From Takakia lepidozioides (Eukaryota > Plantae > Bryophyta): a stretch of 64,000 nt of DNA. The stretch spans positions 52,638,001 through 52,702,000 of the forward strand of contig CM060731.1 of the NCBI GenBank assembly GCA_030704615.1. The letters are read 5' to 3'. Under the pieces are notes generated by a model. It did no database searches and was not told the DNA's origin. It saw only the letters and a program-made list of their open reading frames with translations. The translations under genes and the position numbers were made by a program. Positions 50,074-62,943 of this stretch are shown here, in pieces (position 1 is the first letter of the stretch; each line of letters opens with the position of its first letter).

Positions 50074-53000
50074 ACATTGTGAGGAAGGGTGTAGGTGTGC
50101 AAAGTGCCAGAATGAAGGCATACCACTACAGAATGCCACATGAAGGAGAAACACTGTACTATCTGTAAAAATGGATAACCATTCTCCTGAGAATTGTTAC
50201 TACAACAGATGACAAGCTGCCCAGAGAACCTAGGTCAAGTGAGGGTGCATCAGGGCAACCCCAGCCAAGAAGAACAATGATCAGGACCACTATGGTAGGT
50301 CCTGGTGTTATAACAATGGCATGGAAGGAAGAGGTAATTCAAGAGGGAAGTACCAAGTAAATTCAGAGGCAACTATCAGGGTAATCCGAGGGGAATTACC
50401 AGCTCCGGGAATCAGGATTATAGCAATAATCCAGACCAGACCAGGGCGGGACCCAATGGTGAAGAGCTATGTTACTATTGTAATCAGCCAGGACATCGCA
50501 AGGCAGCTGTTTTTCATTCTGGTAAACACCAAATGAGATGAGAGCTCCTGTGAATGAGGCCCAGTGGTGGCAGCTCACCTGGTTAGCCATGTGTTGTACC
50601 AGAAGTAGTACAATGATATAACAAGAAGTAAAGCTAAACTATACCCTCCAGTAGAAGAGGAAGAAGATGAGCTGGAAGTCAATGATATGCCCAAAGAGGA
50701 AAACTTGGAAGGATGAGAAGGAACTGCACAAGAAGTGGCAGATACTATAAGGAAATGGCAAAGAGTATACTGATATTCCTGTGCAGATTCCTTCTGATTC
50801 CGGATGAGAAAAAGAGGAGAGTGAGGAAGAAAGGAGAAAAGAAGATGCAGACATGCAAAGTAATGAAGAGACTTGGCTGAAGTAATATGTCAGACCAAGC
50901 AGAAATTACCATTGGACAGCTATTAGCTGTGGCACCTTATTGTAGGCACAGGCTGTATCAGGCAATCAATCGAATTGCCCAGAAACAGGAAACACAGACC
51001 TGAACAGCAAGGTGACCAGTTTTTTTTTGATAATGTCAGCCGAAGGGCGAGAACCAGTCATGGACTTTTGATGATTCTATGCCAGTAATCCAATTGAGAA
51101 TTGGAAGCACAGAACTAACTGATGTACTGATAGATGGTGTTCTGGAGTAAATATCATGACAGACCAATTAAGGAAGAAGCTTGGTCTAAGTAACATGAAA
51201 CCAGCCCCATTTACAGTAACAATGGCAGATCAAAGAAGTGTACAGCCATTGGGATTAATAAGAGGAGTTAAGATACAGATACAGAAATGATCTTTCTGAT
51301 CACAGTAACTGTATTAAAAATGGATGAAGTCATGGAGGCTTATCCTATTATTGGGACGTCCGTGGCTGAAACAGGCCAGGGTATTCCATGACTGGAATTC
51401 TCAGTTACTAACTGTGCATAATGGGATGCACGAGATACAAAATTACCACAAAGAATCTAGTAGATTACCTGCTACAAGAAGACCTCGAGGAGTCAGAGAG
51501 TATGACTGGAGGGGAGGACTGGATGAGGAGCAGGAAGCTACCCTATTTGCTGCACACCCAGAGTGGGAGCAAGTTGCAGAGATGCGGCTGGAAAGCCTAA
51601 GTTGTTTTGAGGATTATCTGCTGTGGTGTAGTGACAGCAACACCAACGGAGAAGAAACCAGCATTTACCCATCACATTTCTATGAAGAAAGAGAAGGAAA
51701 TAGAAATCCTAGAAGAACCAGCCACTGTGAGCTTACAGGATGAAGTGGTGACTGGTTGGACAATCACAGCTGATGAGCAGGTGAGAGAAGTAAATGTGGG
51801 AACTCGCATAGGGGAACCGACAAGGATGGTGAAAGTAGGAGGCTGATTTGGAGCCGGAATTCTTCGAAGAAGCTAAAGCTTCTTCATCAAATACAGAGAT
51901 GTATTGGCTTGGAGCTATGAGGATCTAAAAGGGATACCACCTGAACGTCTGTCAGCATAAAATTGAACTGGAACCATGGTCAGTGCCAATCAAACAGGCG
52001 AGGTATAGAATGAATCCCAACTACGCACAGAAGTTGGAGAAGAGATAAGAAGTTGGCTGAGGCTAAGTTTATATACCCAATAGAGTATTACAACTTGGTT
52101 GTCACCCATTGTTATAGTTCCCAAGAAGAATGGCAACTAAGAGTATGTGTGAACTATAAGAAGCTGAATGCTTGTACGAAGAAAGATCCTTTCCCTTTGC
52201 CATTCACAGAAGCAGTATTAGACACTGTGGCAGGCCATGAGATGTACTCATTCATGGATGCTTCAGTGGTTATAATCAAGTGCAAGTGGCAGAAGAAGAC
52301 CAAGGGAAAACAGCTTTCATCACAGACTGGGGGGCTTATGCATACAAAGTCATGCCCTTTGGACTTTGTAATGCACCAGCGACCTTTCAGAGAGTGATAA
52401 GTGAATCTTTTCAAGAGTATCTGGATGATTTCATGCAGGTGTTTTTTGGATGATTTCAGTGTGTACAGCTCTAAGAATGAGCACTTGCATAAATTGGAGT
52501 TATGCCTGGCCAGATGCAGGATGAGAGGTCTGGGCTTGAATCCAGAGAAGTGTACTTTCTGTGTGAACTCAGGGGTGCTTCTGGGACACATAGTGTGTAA
52601 GAAGGGACTTCTTGTGGATCCCAGGAAGACAGAGTCCATTAAAGTCTCTCCACCACCAGTGAATGTTAAGAGTTTAAGGAGATTCCTTGGGCAAACCAGT
52701 TATTACAGAAGATTTGTCAAAAGGTATGCACAAATAGCAGCACCATTGAGCAAGCTTCTGAAGAAAGATGCAGTGTTTGCATGGACAGCTGAATGTCAAC
52801 AGGCGTTTGAGGAACTTACACTGTCAGTAACAACTACACCTGTGCTGATTAACCCTCACTGGCATGTAGTATTTCATGTTCACTGCGATGCATCAGGAGA
52901 AGCATTGGGAGCGGTGTTAGCCCAGAATGTTACAGGGAATATAGATTCACCTGTGTACTATGCTAGCCGGTTGATGAACAGTGCTGAGAGGAACTATAGC

Positions 53001-54705
53001 ACAACGGAAAGAGAAGCATTGGCAATGATCTATGCAGTGAAGAAATTCAGGCATTACCTATTGGGAAGAAAGTTTATGTTTTATGTGGATCACCAGGCTC
53101 TGATATATCTGGTGAACAAACCTTTGATAAGTGGAAGATAGCGAGGTGGTTAATAATCTTGCATGAGTTTGAGTTCGAGGTTATTTACAAGCCTGGCCGT
53201 TTGCATCTTGTGGCAGATCATTTGTCACGACTAACAACAGGAGAGGCCGCCACAGGAGTGGACGATCAGTTACCTGATGCGAGTTTATTTGTAATGGAGG
53301 TGCAAGGAAGTGCAGATGAATGGTTAGATTGGCAATGGCCAATCAGATACTACCTTGCTCATGGTCAGTGCCCACCTAGTTATGGTAAGGAGCAAAGGAA
53401 AAGAATTGCTATCAGAGCTTTACCTTATACTATGGTAGGAAGCAGAATGTATAAGTTAGGACCTGATGGAGTACTAAAACGATGCTTGTACCACCATGAA
53501 GTAAATAAAGTCTTGGAGGAAGTTCATAAAGGAGTGGCTGGAGGTCATTTTGGAGAAGAGACTACCAGTAGAAAGATACTACTCGCAGGATACTGGTGGC
53601 CTACGTTGTTCAAAGATGTACATGAGTATTGTCAGAAGTGTGATGAATGTCAGAGGCTAGGACCTTTGCAGAGATCTGGAAGAATGGCCTTGCATCCTAC
53701 AATGCCTACGGAACCATTTCAGAAATGGGGACTAGACTTTGTTGGACCAATTAATCCACCATCCAAGAATACACGAAACAGGTACATAATTACAGCCACT
53801 GATTATACTACAAAGTGGGTGGAAGCTAAAGCTTTGAGGGACAACACAGCCAAGTCCACAGCAAGGTTCCTGTACGAGAACATACTTACACGATTTGGAT
53901 GTCCCTTAGAATTTATCAGTGATCAAGGAAGTCACTTCATGAATGAGACCATTGAGTTATTGACTAAAGAGTTTATGATTGTGCATAGAAAGAGTACAAC
54001 ATATTACCCACAGGGTAATGGACAGGCAGAGGCTACCAACAAAATACTATGTACTATCTTGGCTAAGATAGTCAATGCAAACAGAACGGATTGGGATACA
54101 AAGCTGCTGACAGCTTTGTGGTCATACAGGACTTCATATAAAGTCACCACTAAGTATACACCATTCCAATTAGTTTATGGTATGGAAGCCTTACTTCCAG
54201 TGGAATTCCTGTTACCTACCATGAGAACAGAGTGGGGAAAAAGAATGGAATTGCAAGACTCCATCAAGGTCAGGAAACATGAATTATACCATGTGGAAGA
54301 AGTACGTGCTGATGCAGCTGATAATATGACCAGAATTCAGATGAAGCGAAAGGAACAGTTTGATAAAGGCAAATTAAAGACTTTTAAGACGGGGGATTTG
54401 GTTTTATGGTTGCAGAAGAAAGGAAAGATTCAAGCTTCTAAGCTTAAATCACCATGGAAAGGACCTTATGTCATACAAAAGATGTATGATAACAACACAG
54501 CCATGTTACAAACCATTAACAAGGAAATGCTGGGAAGAGTCAATGCAAATAAGTTGAAGGGGTACAGTGGTATCCATGACAAACCCCTGCAACATGATTT
54601 GCATGTTGAACCGCAAGAGCAGTCACGGGCTGCACCAGTGTTACGAACGGAGTATGGAACACTTGTCGCTAGGCCCAGTATATATGACCGGGTGGGCAAA
54701 ACAAA

Positions 54706-55060
54706 CGTGACACAGCCTATCACAGCCCATCAAGGCGTGACACAGCCTATCACAGCCCATCACGACGTGACACAGCCAACCACAGCCCAGCAAGGCGCAC
54801 CACAGCCTATCACAGCCCATCACGGCGTGACACAGCCTATCACAGCCCATCACGACGTGACACAGCCAACCACAGCCCAGCAAGGCGCAACACAGCTTAC
54901 CACAGCCCGTCACGACGTGACACAGCCTATCACAGCCCGTCACGACGTGACACAGCCAACTACAACCCAGCAAGGCGTGACACAGCCTATCACAACCTAC
55001 CGCAGCGTGTCACAGCCTATCACAGCTTACCACAGTGCAACACAGCCTATCACAGCTCAA
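54706..55060 (+). repeat. 30-nt tandem repeat, ~12 units, in A2
   Basis: cgtgacacagcctatcacagcccatcacga-like units. Confidence 0.9.
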
Positions 55061-55095
55061 GACAGCCTACTAAAGTTACACGATCCATAGAATCA

Positions 55096-58000
55096 GTGAC
55101 AAGTGGACACATAAAAACTTCAGTAAAATGGCTGAAGGAAGAAGAAACGGAAATTAATTTAAAAATAGACACGTGGAGGTCAGGGTGCGACACACAGCAG
55201 AGAATGAAGTGCAAGGACAGGTGTCAAAAAGAAAGAGGACAAGAACGGCCGTCAAAAGGGATGAAAGACGGACCCATTAATGATTACGGAAAAAGGGAAA
55301 CAGAACGAACGGCAAGTACAGAAAAGCCGAATTCATGTCGCATGTGTGATCCTAGTGGACTATCCAACAGGGAAAGTCCACTAAAGAAGATAAAAGTTAA
55401 AATCCAGTCACAGCGGCCACAGCCAATAGAAAACCAGAAAAATGATCAAGAAAATGGAGGGAAATTGAGCGCAAGAGGCGGCGTCGTTCAGAGTAACGGG
55501 CGTCTCGACAGGACAGGCCATAAATGCTATAACTTGGAAACTATGGAGGAACTAACAGACATTACGCTCGCAATATTACTTACGCAGTGGCAGAGACACG
55601 AAACGAAAGAGCAGAGCTTTTCTCTTGAACAATGCTTGCAAGCCCCGCAGGCTTACAAGAGGTTACCCATAGCTTTCTGCGGCAACCATACGTTTCTGCT
55701 TTGTGCACTACAGGCACTCCTGCAGTTGTTACAGCCAAAGCAGTTCGGTGAGTCTAAGATGAAGAGAGTGAGAGGAATGGAGGAAATCAGGGTGAAGAGC
55801 ACCACCATTCTGCAGAAACAAACGATGGCTACCCCACAGGCGACAAAGATACTGAAGGAGCTGAGATTGGAAGGATTGCAAAGCAAGGATTGGACACTAC
55901 ACCATAGACAGTACATGTTACAATTTTTGCAGAACTTTGAGCCAAAGACAGGAACAACAACGGTGAAGGGAGTTGAATTAATGATTACTCCCCTATACCT
56001 CCAGCAATTGTTTCAATTGCCAGCAGGTCATGTGTATGTGGAAGAACACAGGGAAAGACTGCAAATAGGGGATTTATTCCAAGAAGGGAGTTTCTTTAAA
56101 ACTCAGGGTTATGCTTGTACCAAAGCTGTGTACCCAGGGTTAAAAGACATAAGCCAAGTATTGAACGTTCTGATTGCCCTGAAACAGAACCAACAATATT
56201 TGAGCAAATCCTTCACAGAGGAAATCCTCAAAGGCTTGAAGGGACAAGAGGTACTATGGGCGGACATAATGTACAACGCACTGGTAGAGGAGATGAAAAG
56301 ATTACAAAGTACTACCGCAAAATCTCCTATCATAGTGTCTGGCCCAATCATTGCTCAAATAATCCTTAGTTCGGGCATACTTAATGCACAAGAAAGGAAG
56401 GAAATGGGAGTGTTTGAGCCAGAAACAACTGCAATGGAAGAGCAAGGCTCTTCACACAGTGAGGGTGGACTAGCAGCACAACCAGAGACTAAGAGGCAGA
56501 GAAGGGGAAAGACTGTAGTGGCGGATCCATTGGCTTCACGGATTCCGCATGATAATGTTTCCCAAGCTCATAACCAGGAAGGGGCACAGCAGCACAAAAG
56601 AATGTTATTACTGGAAGCAGGACCTTCAGAGAGGGAGGAAGAAGTTACTTCTGCATCACAACCAACACAGCCACTTGAACGACTTGTCACAAGGTCACAA
56701 GTTATCCATGCAGCTCAAACCGAAATAATTGATTTGGAAAGTGAAGGGATAGAGATTCCAACTACAGAGCAGATAGTGGCAGAAATAGAGAAAGGGGACC
56801 TTCTCTATGAATATTCTGGTCTGGTAAAGGAGACAGAAATCCCAGAGGTGCAACAGTTGCCCAAAGGAAATCCTGAGGTGCATATAATGCACACACCTGT
56901 GTTGGAGGTACCACAGGCAGAAGGCCATGACACTGTAGCACCGGTCATGAATGAAGTAGTTCAGGAAGAAAATCCGGTGGGACAATGGTCTGAATGGTTA
57001 GTGAGACATCATACTGTTGAAGATCGGGAGGAACAGCAGCAACCTCACCATGATGACCCTCAACAGGAAATGCTGATGAGTTCCATAGGCAGGACACTTA
57101 ATTTGTTGGGGACTTATGTCAAAACCCATGTTCCAATTACCCAATTGACAGCCTTGAAAGAAGAACTCAGGAAGGAGTTTGAGGCTCGACTTGCCACTGA
57201 GTGTGCAAACAAGGTCGATGAAGAGGTCACTCTCAAGATGAAGCAGGACTTGGCCAATACAGAAATGGCTTTGCAATTAGCCAAGCAACAATTGATTGAG
57301 GCAGGCCTCGCGCAAGACCAGTTGCACGAAGCACATAAGCAACAGCTATACCAAATGCAGGTGCAGCATGAAAGCAAGTTGCAAGAACTGAATGCACTAC
57401 ATACGGAGTTGCAAAGAGTGCATAACAGGATGGCAATACAATGCGCTACAATTACAACTATGCTTGACCAATCAACAAAAGAAATAAACAGTCAAGCGGA
57501 AAAATGTACGAAGGCAGAAGAAGAGAATGCGGAGCACATGAAGCTCATTGTCGATATGAAGAATACAATCTGTCGCAATGAAGATACTCTCAAGCAATAC
57601 AGGCAGATGGAAGCTGAGAATGAGAAATACATCGTGGAGTTGCAACAAAACATCGTGGCCAATAGAAATGAAATCTCAATCAGTAACAAGGCTTCGAAAG
57701 AAGCCAATAATCTACTTGTTGCCTATGCGCAATTGGTTGAGCCACAGGCGAAGCGCATGAAGGATTTACAACAGCAGTTGGAATTGTATAAGCTAAGAGA
57801 GGAGCAAACTCTCAGGGGAACCACAAGCAGCTTGGTGGATAACAGCCTTATGCAGGTCTGGCTAGCACAAGGGCCAGTAGAAGGCAAAGCCCCACGGAAG
57901 CTCACCCAAAGCGAGATGAATGAGCTTAGACTGCAGGTGCAGAACATTGCCACAACTACTATAGACAATGTCTATAGTAGGATAGCAGAGTTACAAGAGG

Positions 58001-59310
58001 ATGTAGACGGACTCCAGACTCAAGTGGAAGACCTCAGTTCAAACATCGACCAAAGAGTCTATATCCCTCGGGAACAGCTAATGGCTTCTTATTTGAAAGC
58101 CAGAACTCTGGCTTTTCAGTCTTCACAGGAGGTGCAAGAGATGCCAATGGTACAGGAACCACTACCACCACCACCACAACAGGTCAGTGTACCAGTAACT
58201 GAACCTGTGGTTACTACAACCACACCACAGCCACCACAGCCGGAGGTATGGGGCAATGCAGCTTTTAACCCACCTAAAACTCCAGCTGCCAGGGAGTACA
58301 GTAGGGCTATGATTATGCCCTTCAACCAAATTCCATTCATGTTGGATTTGGCTTGGAAAGAATTTAGTCCTCCGCAGTCATTCGCACATTACTACCAAAT
58401 CATGCGTATTTGGCTGCCAGTGGCAACCAGGACTAAAGTTCTTCCAAACAATCGACATATTGAAGATCATCACTTTGCACAATACTGGCACGAGGCAGGT
58501 ACAATGTTGAGGGAATTGGTTGCTTTCCAGGTTGTACATGGACTCATTTATACCAAGACCAAGGAGATAGCAAGTATTGTCATGGGGTGCGGGCTATACT
58601 ACGCTGCTTGTTTTCTGATACGTTACCACATTGAGCAACAAAAGATGCAAGCACGCTTTCAAAGTTACTCCAGTGGAGATCATTGGGTATTACCTTCGGT
58701 GCCACCTCATATGTACCTATATGACCCAAAAGTTATGATACAGAAGGATTCTCAAATTCGTTCATGGTTTCAAGCAGCCTGCAACAATTTGTCAACACAG
58801 AAATTCGGACTTGATGACATTTTCTATAAGGGACATATCGCATGGAAATACTTGCACGCGGCACCAGTAATTGGTACCCCACTCATTTGGACAGACAAGG
58901 AGCTCAGTGTCTACACCAATTTTGCTGTTCAACGGTTGCACCAGGTTGTAAAATGCAAACTTCCAGACATGGTAGGACAGCATTGTATGCCCCAGATGAT
59001 TCCACAAAAAGTTCGAAAATTAAAACACCTAAGAGGCGATGACGATTCTGATACAACTGGTTCTTCACAAAATTCTTTTGACATGGGAGAAGACTATACA
59101 ATTCAGATGGAAGCGAAGAAACAAAGGGGATCTCCTCTGCCGGAAAGATTACCTCGATATCAGCCTCCAGAAGGCCTCACTTATCCAGGTAGTAATCAAC
59201 CATCTCCATCAACCAGAGACAGACCTCGGGCTCGTACACACAGCCCACCACGAAACTCTCAACGTCAACAAAGTGATCACTCACAAAGGTTTGCTACTCG
59301 AAAACAGTAA
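55096..59310 (+). CDS. Family A extra ORF, 1404 aa, unknown function (PMD/Athila-ORF-like segment, long coiled coil, aromatic-rich C-terminal domain)
   Basis: Uninterrupted ORF between integrase and PPT, conserved with A1. The frame is open upstream to 54688. Confidence 0.85.
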   Translation: MTSGHIKTSVKWLKEEETEINLKIDTWRSGCDTQQRMKCKDRCQKERGQERPSKGMKDGPINDYGKRETERTASTEKPNSCRMCDPSGLSNRESPLKKIKVKIQSQRPQPIENQKNDQENGGKLSARGGVVQSNGRLDRTGHKCYNLETMEELTDITLAILLTQWQRHETKEQSFSLEQCLQAPQAYKRLPIAFCGNHTFLLCALQALLQLLQPKQFGESKMKRVRGMEEIRVKSTTILQKQTMATPQATKILKELRLEGLQSKDWTLHHRQYMLQFLQNFEPKTGTTTVKGVELMITPLYLQQLFQLPAGHVYVEEHRERLQIGDLFQEGSFFKTQGYACTKAVYPGLKDISQVLNVLIALKQNQQYLSKSFTEEILKGLKGQEVLWADIMYNALVEEMKRLQSTTAKSPIIVSGPIIAQIILSSGILNAQERKEMGVFEPETTAMEEQGSSHSEGGLAAQPETKRQRRGKTVVADPLASRIPHDNVSQAHNQEGAQQHKRMLLLEAGPSEREEEVTSASQPTQPLERLVTRSQVIHAAQTEIIDLESEGIEIPTTEQIVAEIEKGDLLYEYSGLVKETEIPEVQQLPKGNPEVHIMHTPVLEVPQAEGHDTVAPVMNEVVQEENPVGQWSEWLVRHHTVEDREEQQQPHHDDPQQEMLMSSIGRTLNLLGTYVKTHVPITQLTALKEELRKEFEARLATECANKVDEEVTLKMKQDLANTEMALQLAKQQLIEAGLAQDQLHEAHKQQLYQMQVQHESKLQELNALHTELQRVHNRMAIQCATITTMLDQSTKEINSQAEKCTKAEEENAEHMKLIVDMKNTICRNEDTLKQYRQMEAENEKYIVELQQNIVANRNEISISNKASKEANNLLVAYAQLVEPQAKRMKDLQQQLELYKLREEQTLRGTTSSLVDNSLMQVWLAQGPVEGKAPRKLTQSEMNELRLQVQNIATTTIDNVYSRIAELQEDVDGLQTQVEDLSSNIDQRVYIPREQLMASYLKARTLAFQSSQEVQEMPMVQEPLPPPPQQVSVPVTEPVVTTTTPQPPQPEVWGNAAFNPPKTPAAREYSRAMIMPFNQIPFMLDLAWKEFSPPQSFAHYYQIMRIWLPVATRTKVLPNNRHIEDHHFAQYWHEAGTMLRELVAFQVVHGLIYTKTKEIASIVMGCGLYYAACFLIRYHIEQQKMQARFQSYSSGDHWVLPSVPPHMYLYDPKVMIQKDSQIRSWFQAACNNLSTQKFGLDDIFYKGHIAWKYLHAAPVIGTPLIWTDKELSVYTNFAVQRLHQVVKCKLPDMVGQHCMPQMIPQKVRKLKHLRGDDDSDTTGSSQNSFDMGEDYTIQMEAKKQRGSPLPERLPRYQPPEGLTYPGSNQPSPSTRDRPRARTHSPPRNSQRQQSDHSQRFATRKQ

Positions 59311-59350
59311 ACCGTGAGGACACGGCTTTTTGAGGGGGGAAGGGGTAAAA

Positions 59351-60433
59351 TGTTAGAGGACTGTAGGGGACTTAGACACTTATACGGGATCTGTAGGGTA
59401 CCCTTAATTTTTGCACAGACTGAGACAAACAGGAACCTTAGGGGTGACAGCAGAGCACTGTAGAAGGGGGTTACACAACCCACACAGCCCACACAGCCGT
59501 CATAGCCGTCACAGCCCACACAGCCGACACAGCCGACACAGCCCACACAGCCCGACACAGCCGTCACAGCCCACACAGCCCACACAGCCGTCACAGCCAA
59601 CACAGCCCGACACAGCCGTCACAGCCCACACAGCCCACACAGCCGTCACAGCCAACACAGCCCGTCACAGCCGTCACAGCCCACACAGCCCGTCATAGTC
59701 GTCACAGCCCACACAGCCCACACAGCCCGTCACAGTCGTCACAGCAGACACAGCCACACAGCCAGTCACAGCCCGGCATAGCCACACAGCCAGTCACAGC
59801 CCGACACAGCCAAACACAGCCAGTCACCGCTTGACACAGCTGTCACGATAATAGGGAACGAAGAGTAGGACAGGGAACGACTGTGGGGAACAACACCAGA
59901 GAAGGGAACATGTTAGTTCACATACGACGGTTAGAGAGGGAAACGGTTAGAACCGCGGATAGGAGGATAAAGGGAAGAACGGGGATTATGATGAGAGGAT
60001 TATTCGGGGAGGACTTGGGAGTCAGGCGGAAGCGGAGATCGGAGAGCACGATGAAGGAGGATTAGTAGATGCTTGTTAGATGCAAAGCCGTAGGGATATT
60101 GTAGAGGGGAATAGAGATACAATGGCTTCGGCCTGATACCTGATAAATCATAATCTGATATTTATACGATACAATCACACTGTGTAGAGAGATCTGAGTG
60201 AAGCTGTGGATTGAATGGAGGAGTGAAGGAAACTAATACGTAATTATCAATGGTAAGGTAGCCAAAGATGAATGCGAAAAGGGAAACAAATAGGAAACAC
60301 CCCCATGATACACTAGCTGTAGGTCATGACTGATTGTTCTGCGCGGGCTGAGTACTTAGAGATTTCCAACTCTTCTATCTTGGAGTTTCCGCCTCGGATA
60401 GCGAAGGGATGGGTGAGTAAAAGCCGCGCGACA
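59351..60433 (+). repeat. A2 3' LTR (1083 bp) with an expanded cacagcc array
   Basis: TGTTAGAGG...GCGCGACA; PPT at ~59332-59345. Confidence 0.95.
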
Positions 60434-62943
60434 GCAAGTGATGCTTGCTTGCTGAACCTGTAGCCCATGGCTAACCAGGGTAACTGAAGGTCCCAATCTC
60501 CTAGGTGTCCCTTCTGCAAGCCATACTTGCGCAAACCCCTCTTTACTGTCTGAACAACTCTCTCTGCCAAGCCATCGGCTTCAGGATGATCCCGAGAAGT
60601 GGTGCGGTGGTCTATCAAGGCCTTGTCACACAACGCCTGAAACTCCCCCAAGAACTCTCTCCCTTGGTCCGTGAGTACCTCAGCTGGAGCACCGAATCGG
60701 CTAAGCACACAATCCAGGAATGCATACGCAGCTCCCTCACTAGCCTTATCAGGCAATGGAACCAATTCAATCCACTTGGAGAAGTGCTCCACCATCACCA
60801 ACACGTACTTGTTGTGGCGCATGGTCAGTGGCAACGGCCCTGCGAAGTCAAGACTCCACCTGTAGCCCAATCCCATGATCGGAAGAGGGTGCAATTGTGG
60901 AGTAGGGGCGTTGAATGAAGCACGCACCCTGTCACACACCATGCACCTAGCCACAAAGTGTTGTACCTCTGTGTGCATACCACGCCACCAATACTGCCCC
61001 TGCAGTAGACTATGAGTGCGTCGCACCCCAAAATGCCCCAACTCCTCATGCGCATGCCGCACTAACCGTGCCCGCTGTGTTGGGTGAGGCACAATCCTCA
61101 CTCGACCATCCTCCCACACTCGGAGCAGGTGTGTCCCCTCCCACCTGAACCTCTTGGCTCGTTGTAGGATCCGATCCCTCTCCTTGGCAGTCATAGTGGC
61201 TGCCGTGTCTCCACTGCGGAGGTAGTCCAACACAACTGAATCCTCATGTATATCTTTGGCGCCACCCTGCTCATTGCTGGCCTCAGGGTCCTCAGACACT
61301 TGATCTACAGTCATCCCTATTGTAGGTCCAACCTGGCCTTCCGCTGCCAAGATACACAGAAATGCAGATGCATGCCATCCGGGCACCATCTCCTCGTCCG
61401 TCTCACCATGCCACCGAGCTCCAGTGTCATCCTGTTGGCTCGTGCATGGATTGCGACTCAACCCATCTGCATTTCGATTGACCAAACCCGGTCGATGCAC
61501 CACCTGAAAGTCATACTCTTGAAGGATGAGTGCCCACCGTGCAAGCTTCCCCGTAAGCTTGTCTGACTCCATCAACCACTTGAGTGGTTGGTGATCCGTG
61601 ACAAGGGTGAAGAGATTGCCGTATAAATAGCACCTGAAGTGTGCCACGGCCCACACTGCAGCTAAGCATTCTCCCTCATATGAGCTATACTTAGACTCTG
61701 CAGCATTGTTCGAGCGGCTAGCATAAGCCACTACGAACTCTCTTCCCTCATCATCCACCTGTGTGAGCACCGCTCCAAGCCCCAGCATGCTCCAATCTGT
61801 ATGCAGCTGAAAAGGACGCCCCCTGATAGGTCGTCTCAAAATGGGCGCCGAGGTCAACCTCGCCTTGAGCTCTTGAAAAGCTTGTTCTTGCTCATCTTCC
61901 CAGTGCCACTCCTGGTCCACCTTGGTCAGCTTGGTTAGAGCCTTTGCAATGGCACTAAATCCCTTAACAAACCGTCTGTAATAGTTTGCTAACCCCATGA
62001 AAGCTCGAACTCGGCTCACATCCGTGGGGCGTGGAACCTGTGCAATGGACTCTACCTTAGTCTGCTGTACCCCCAATCCTCCAGGATATATCATGTGACC
62101 CAGATACTCAATCTGGTTGTGGAAAAACTTGCACTTGCCCCGATGTAACTTCAATCCGTGCGTCCTCAAGCGCTCAAATACCCCCTGAAGGTGTCTCTCA
62201 TGCTCCTCCACCGTAGCACTAAAGATGATGATGTCATCTATGTAGCACCGAGCAAACTCCACCCCTGCTAGAATCCTGTCCATGACTCTTTGAAACTCAG
62301 CGGGAGCGTTTTTAAGCCCAAATGGTAAGAACCGCCACTGGTATAGGCAATCCTTCCCGTGCTCATTGATCCCCCAGAATGCCGTCTTTTGCTTATCCGC
62401 CTCCTTGATCGGCAACTGGTGATATCCGGATCGTAAATCCAACGTGCTAAAGACCTTGGAATGCCCAATGGCATCAAAGATCTCCTCTGGTGTTGGCATG
62501 GCATACCTATCGGACTTGGTCTGACGATTTACAGGCCGGTAATCACCGCACATACGTCTCTCCGTCCAATTGCCATAGACATCCTTCTTAGCTGGCATCA
62601 CTGTGGCTGAAGCATACTCTCCACCAGAGAGCTCCACCAAACCTGCCTCCCAGAGATCTTGAGTCCTCATCTGAATCAAAGACCTCTCCATGTCACTGTA
62701 TCTATAGGGTCTCCGAAAGATTGGCGTGTCAGTGGCCAACTCAATACGGATCTCTTGACCCTTCAGTGCTCCCAAGTCCTTCAAACTGAAGGCAAAGCAA
62801 TTCCTGTAAGCCCTCAGGAACCGCCGTATACGTCGTCTCTCTCCTCCGGTGACAATGGGTCCAATATCAGGCTCCCAATTGTCCTCCGTAACTGCAACCT
62901 TAAGTCCAGTGGGCTTAGAGGTAGAGGACGCGTCCCGTGGTTG
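60434..62943 (-). CDS. pol: Family B copy B2 pol: RT, RNase H, integrase (frame intact up to the A2 insertion)
   Basis: RMCGDYRPVN, LDLRSGYHQ, PFGLKNAPAEFQR, YIDD, TDWS, HHCC, WSLDFAGP, TDQG. No stop between 62943 and 60434. Confidence 0.96.

Larger units (their letters stand above)
50074..60433 (+). mobile_element. Family A copy A2 (5' end lost in the gap), inserted into the integrase of B2
   Basis: gag end, PR, RT, RH, integrase (53159-54650: HHCC, WGLDFVGP, SDQG, GPY), extra ORF, PPT and 3' LTR. B2 integrase sequence starts at 60434. Confidence 0.95.

Noticed and set aside
49502-50168. Poly-X ORFs
   Set aside because: Artefacts of the N gap.
50074-53160. Many frameshifts in A2 gag/pol as programmed frameshifting or real decay
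   Set aside because: The indels cluster next to the gap and fade with distance while downstream ORFs are intact. They are most likely contig-end sequencing errors.
60313-60433. C-terminal tail VARLLLTHPF... of the 823-aa ORF as a novel integrase extension
   Set aside because: It is antisense read-through into the A2 LTR after the insertion point.
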